In this document: positions 24,696-26,429 of the stretch, piece after piece
Position numbering within the stretch: position 1 is the stretch's first letter
Layout of the letters: every line of letters starts with the position of its first letter
Origin: Candidatus Woesebacteria bacterium
Lineage (GTDB): Bacteria; Patescibacteriota; Microgenomatia; UBA10105; UBA927
Assembly: GCA_020057765.1 (NCBI GenBank)
Contig: JAGVFE010000093.1
Span: forward strand, 1-26,429
Length of the DNA stretch: 26,429 bases
Direction: 5' to 3'
The notes under the pieces: generated by a model
Told to the model about the DNA's origin: nothing
Databases searched by the model: none
What the model saw: only the letters and a program-made list of their open reading frames with translations
Program-made: the position numbers and the translations under genes

Positions 24696-25880
24696 ATGTT
24701 AATTAAACCCGATATTGCCCGGTTTGCAAAAATTAAAGTCATCGGCATCGGTGGAGCGGGCTGCAACGCAATCAGCTCCATGATCACGGTTGCCCAAATT
24801 ACCGGAGTGGATTTTTTGGGTATCAATACGGATGCGCAAGCGCTCCTGACGTGCCAAGCGACGGCCAAAGTGCAAATTGGCGAAAATATCACCCGAGGGC
24901 TTGGCGCCGGCGGCAATTCGGAGGTTGGCAGACAAGCAGCGGAGGAATCCCGCGAAAAACTCACCGAGTTTTTGCGCGATACGGACATGGTGTTTTTGAC
25001 CTGCGGTGAAGGCGGCGGCACCGGGACGGGTGCAACACCAGTGATTGCCGAAATTGCCAAAGAATTAGGAGCGTTGACCGTTGTGGTAGTTACCAAGCCG
25101 TTTCATTTTGAAGGCACGCGCAGGATGGTGACGGCAGAGGAAGGCATCCTTAACCTCAAAGATAAAGTAGATACTCTTATTGTGATTCCCAATCAGCGAT
25201 TACTTGAAGTCATTGACAAGAAGATGACGCTACTTGAGGCATTCCGGGTTGCGGATTCGGTCCTTTCGCAGGGCGTGCAGGGAATTGCGGATCTTATCAC
25301 CATGCCTGGACTCATCAACGTGGATTTTGCCGATGTGCGGGCCATCATGACCAATGCCGGCTCTGCGTTGATGGGCATTGGGAGCGGAGTTGGCGAAAAT
25401 CGTGCCTCAACAGCTGCAAGGACCGCCATTTCCTCGCCACTTCTTGAGATGTCGATTGAGGGAGCCAAGGGAGTGCTCTTTAATATTACCGGCGGACCTG
25501 ATTTGACGATGGCGGAAGTGGATGAGGCAGCCAAACAGATTGCCGCAGTAGTGGATCCGGATGCCAATATCATCTTCGGAGCAACCATTGACGAGCATAT
25601 GGTTGATCAGGTGAAAATTTCCGTTATCGCTACGGGATTTGATGAAACGAAACGCCGACTACGGGAACTGACTGGAAAGCCACGGGATCCGGCCGGGGCA
25701 TACGCGACGGGTAAGCCGCCGGTATTTACCAAAACCGTCACCTCGTATCAAACACCAACAGATGGGAGCCAATCTCCCGTGCAACCAGCAACAACATTCG
25801 TTCCATCAACCGCAGCCGATGACTTGCCGCCAGAAGAAGACGAATTTGATATCCCGGCATTCTTGAGACAAAGAAGCTAA
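24696..25880 (+). CDS. ftsZ: Cell division protein FtsZ
   Basis: [20 protein letters not shown] signature, NVDFAD, C-terminal DIPAFLR. Confidence 0.98.
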   Translation: MLIKPDIARFAKIKVIGIGGAGCNAISSMITVAQITGVDFLGINTDAQALLTCQATAKVQIGENITRGLGAGGNSEVGRQAAEESREKLTEFLRDTDMVFLTCGEGGGTGTGATPVIAEIAKELGALTVVVVTKPFHFEGTRRMVTAEEGILNLKDKVDTLIVIPNQRLLEVIDKKMTLLEAFRVADSVLSQGVQGIADLITMPGLINVDFADVRAIMTNAGSALMGIGSGVGENRASTAARTAISSPLLEMSIEGAKGVLFNITGGPDLTMAEVDEAAKQIAAVVDPDANIIFGATIDEHMVDQVKISVIATGFDETKRRLRELTGKPRDPAGAYATGKPPVFTKTVTSYQTPTDGSQSPVQPATTFVPSTAADDLPPEEDEFDIPAFLRQRS

Positions 25881-25911
25881 TCATCATTGGTAACTTTTCC
25901 GTTTATCATCG

Positions 25912-25931
25912 TATAATACGAAGGTAGAGGG
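25912..25931 (+). promoter_or_regulatory. Probable -10 (TATAAT 25912-25917) and SD-like GAGGG (25927-25931) for ileS
   Basis: Perfect TATAAT in the 59-nt ftsZ-ileS gap. No convincing -35. Confidence 0.5.
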
Positions 25932-25939
25932 ATTTTTTT

Positions 25940-26429
25940 ATGCAAAAATCGTATTTTGAATCTGTGACGCCGAATGTCAACTTCCCCGAGCTTGAGGAGC
26001 GGGTGATTGCGTATTGGAAAAAGAATAAGATTTTTGAAAAATCCATCGAGTCGCGGCCAGCTGACAAGACGTGGACATTCCTTGATGGCCCGCCGTTTAT
26101 CACCGGATTGCCGCACTACGGCACGCTTCTCTCCAGCATCCCGAAGGATCTTTTCCCCCGCTATAAAACCATGCAGGGGTATCGCGTGCGCCGCGTATGG
26201 GGCTGGGACTGCCACGGCTTGCCGGCAGAAAACAAAGTGGAAGAAAAGTTAAAAGTAAAAAGGAAAAAGGAAATAGAGGAAAAAATAGGGGTGAAAAAAT
26301 TTATCGATGAGTGCAAAGCCTACGTAAAAAACGTCTCGAGCGAATGGGAGTGGTACGTGGATCACATCGGCCGATGGGCGGACTTTACCAACGCCTACAA
26401 AACCATGGATATGCCCTATATGGAAACAG
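25940..26429 (+). CDS. ileS: Isoleucine--tRNA ligase, type 2 (eukaryote/archaea-like), 3'-truncated; missing from the ORF track because it has no stop in the window
   Basis: My translation: MQKSYFESVTPNVNFPELEERVIAYWKKNKIFEKS...FLDGPPFITGLPHYGTLLSSIPKDLFPRYKTMQGYRVRRVWGWDCHGLPAE...GRWADF..AYKTMD. Confidence 0.93.
   Translation, partial: MQKSYFESVTPNVNFPELEERVIAYWKKNKIFEKSIESRPADKTWTFLDGPPFITGLPHYGTLLSSIPKDLFPRYKTMQGYRVRRVWGWDCHGLPAENKVEEKLKVKRKKEIEEKIGVKKFIDECKAYVKNVSSEWEWYVDHIGRWADFTNAYKTMDMPYMET

Noticed and set aside
1-26429. Genetic code 25 (TGA = Gly), as in Gracilibacteria and Absconditabacteria
   Set aside because: TGA falls at expected protein ends and forms repeated ATGA stop/start overlaps.
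1-26429. Complete absence of Shine-Dalgarno signals
   Set aside because: Clear SD-like sites exist (AGGAG 11139-11143, AAGGAGG 12471-12477, GAGGG 25927-25931), so initiation modes are mixed.
1-26429. tRNA, rRNA, CRISPR arrays, transposases, prophage or defence genes
   Set aside because: None recognisable; nearly all bases are accounted for by the CDSs listed.

Overview
A gene-dense, almost entirely + strand segment that looks like a Patescibacteria/CPR genome (Microgenomates-like, inferred from gene content and short protein variants). TGA is used as stop, so code 11. Order: 5'-truncated DUF4012-like protein, recO, a small antisense repeat protein, alpha2-type GlyRS, a membrane-anchored hypothetical, then an expanded ~22 kb dcw cluster, then the 5' part of a type-2 IleRS. 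The dcw cluster runs mraZ-rsmH-ftsL-ftsI-murE-pgeF-murC-murB-murA-[GlmU-like, alpha/beta hydrolase, membrane-anchored MurF-like, DegT aminotransferase, CvpA-CAP fusion, FemX-like, DgkA/UdpK]-mraY-ftsW-murG-ftsQ-ftsA-ftsZ. The best candidate for an undescribed system is the bracketed, tightly coupled 7-gene block, together with non-canonical MurE, MurF and MraY motifs, which together suggest a remodelled peptidoglycan precursor pathway. Other notable items: ftsA split by a 1-nt frameshift, two promoters positioned to give leaderless mRNAs, a 10-bp-phased MraZ operator, a 7-bp tandem repeat inside the DegT gene, and variant motifs in both tRNA synthetases. murD and ddl are not in the window. Family assignments come from motif recognition only; no database searches were run.
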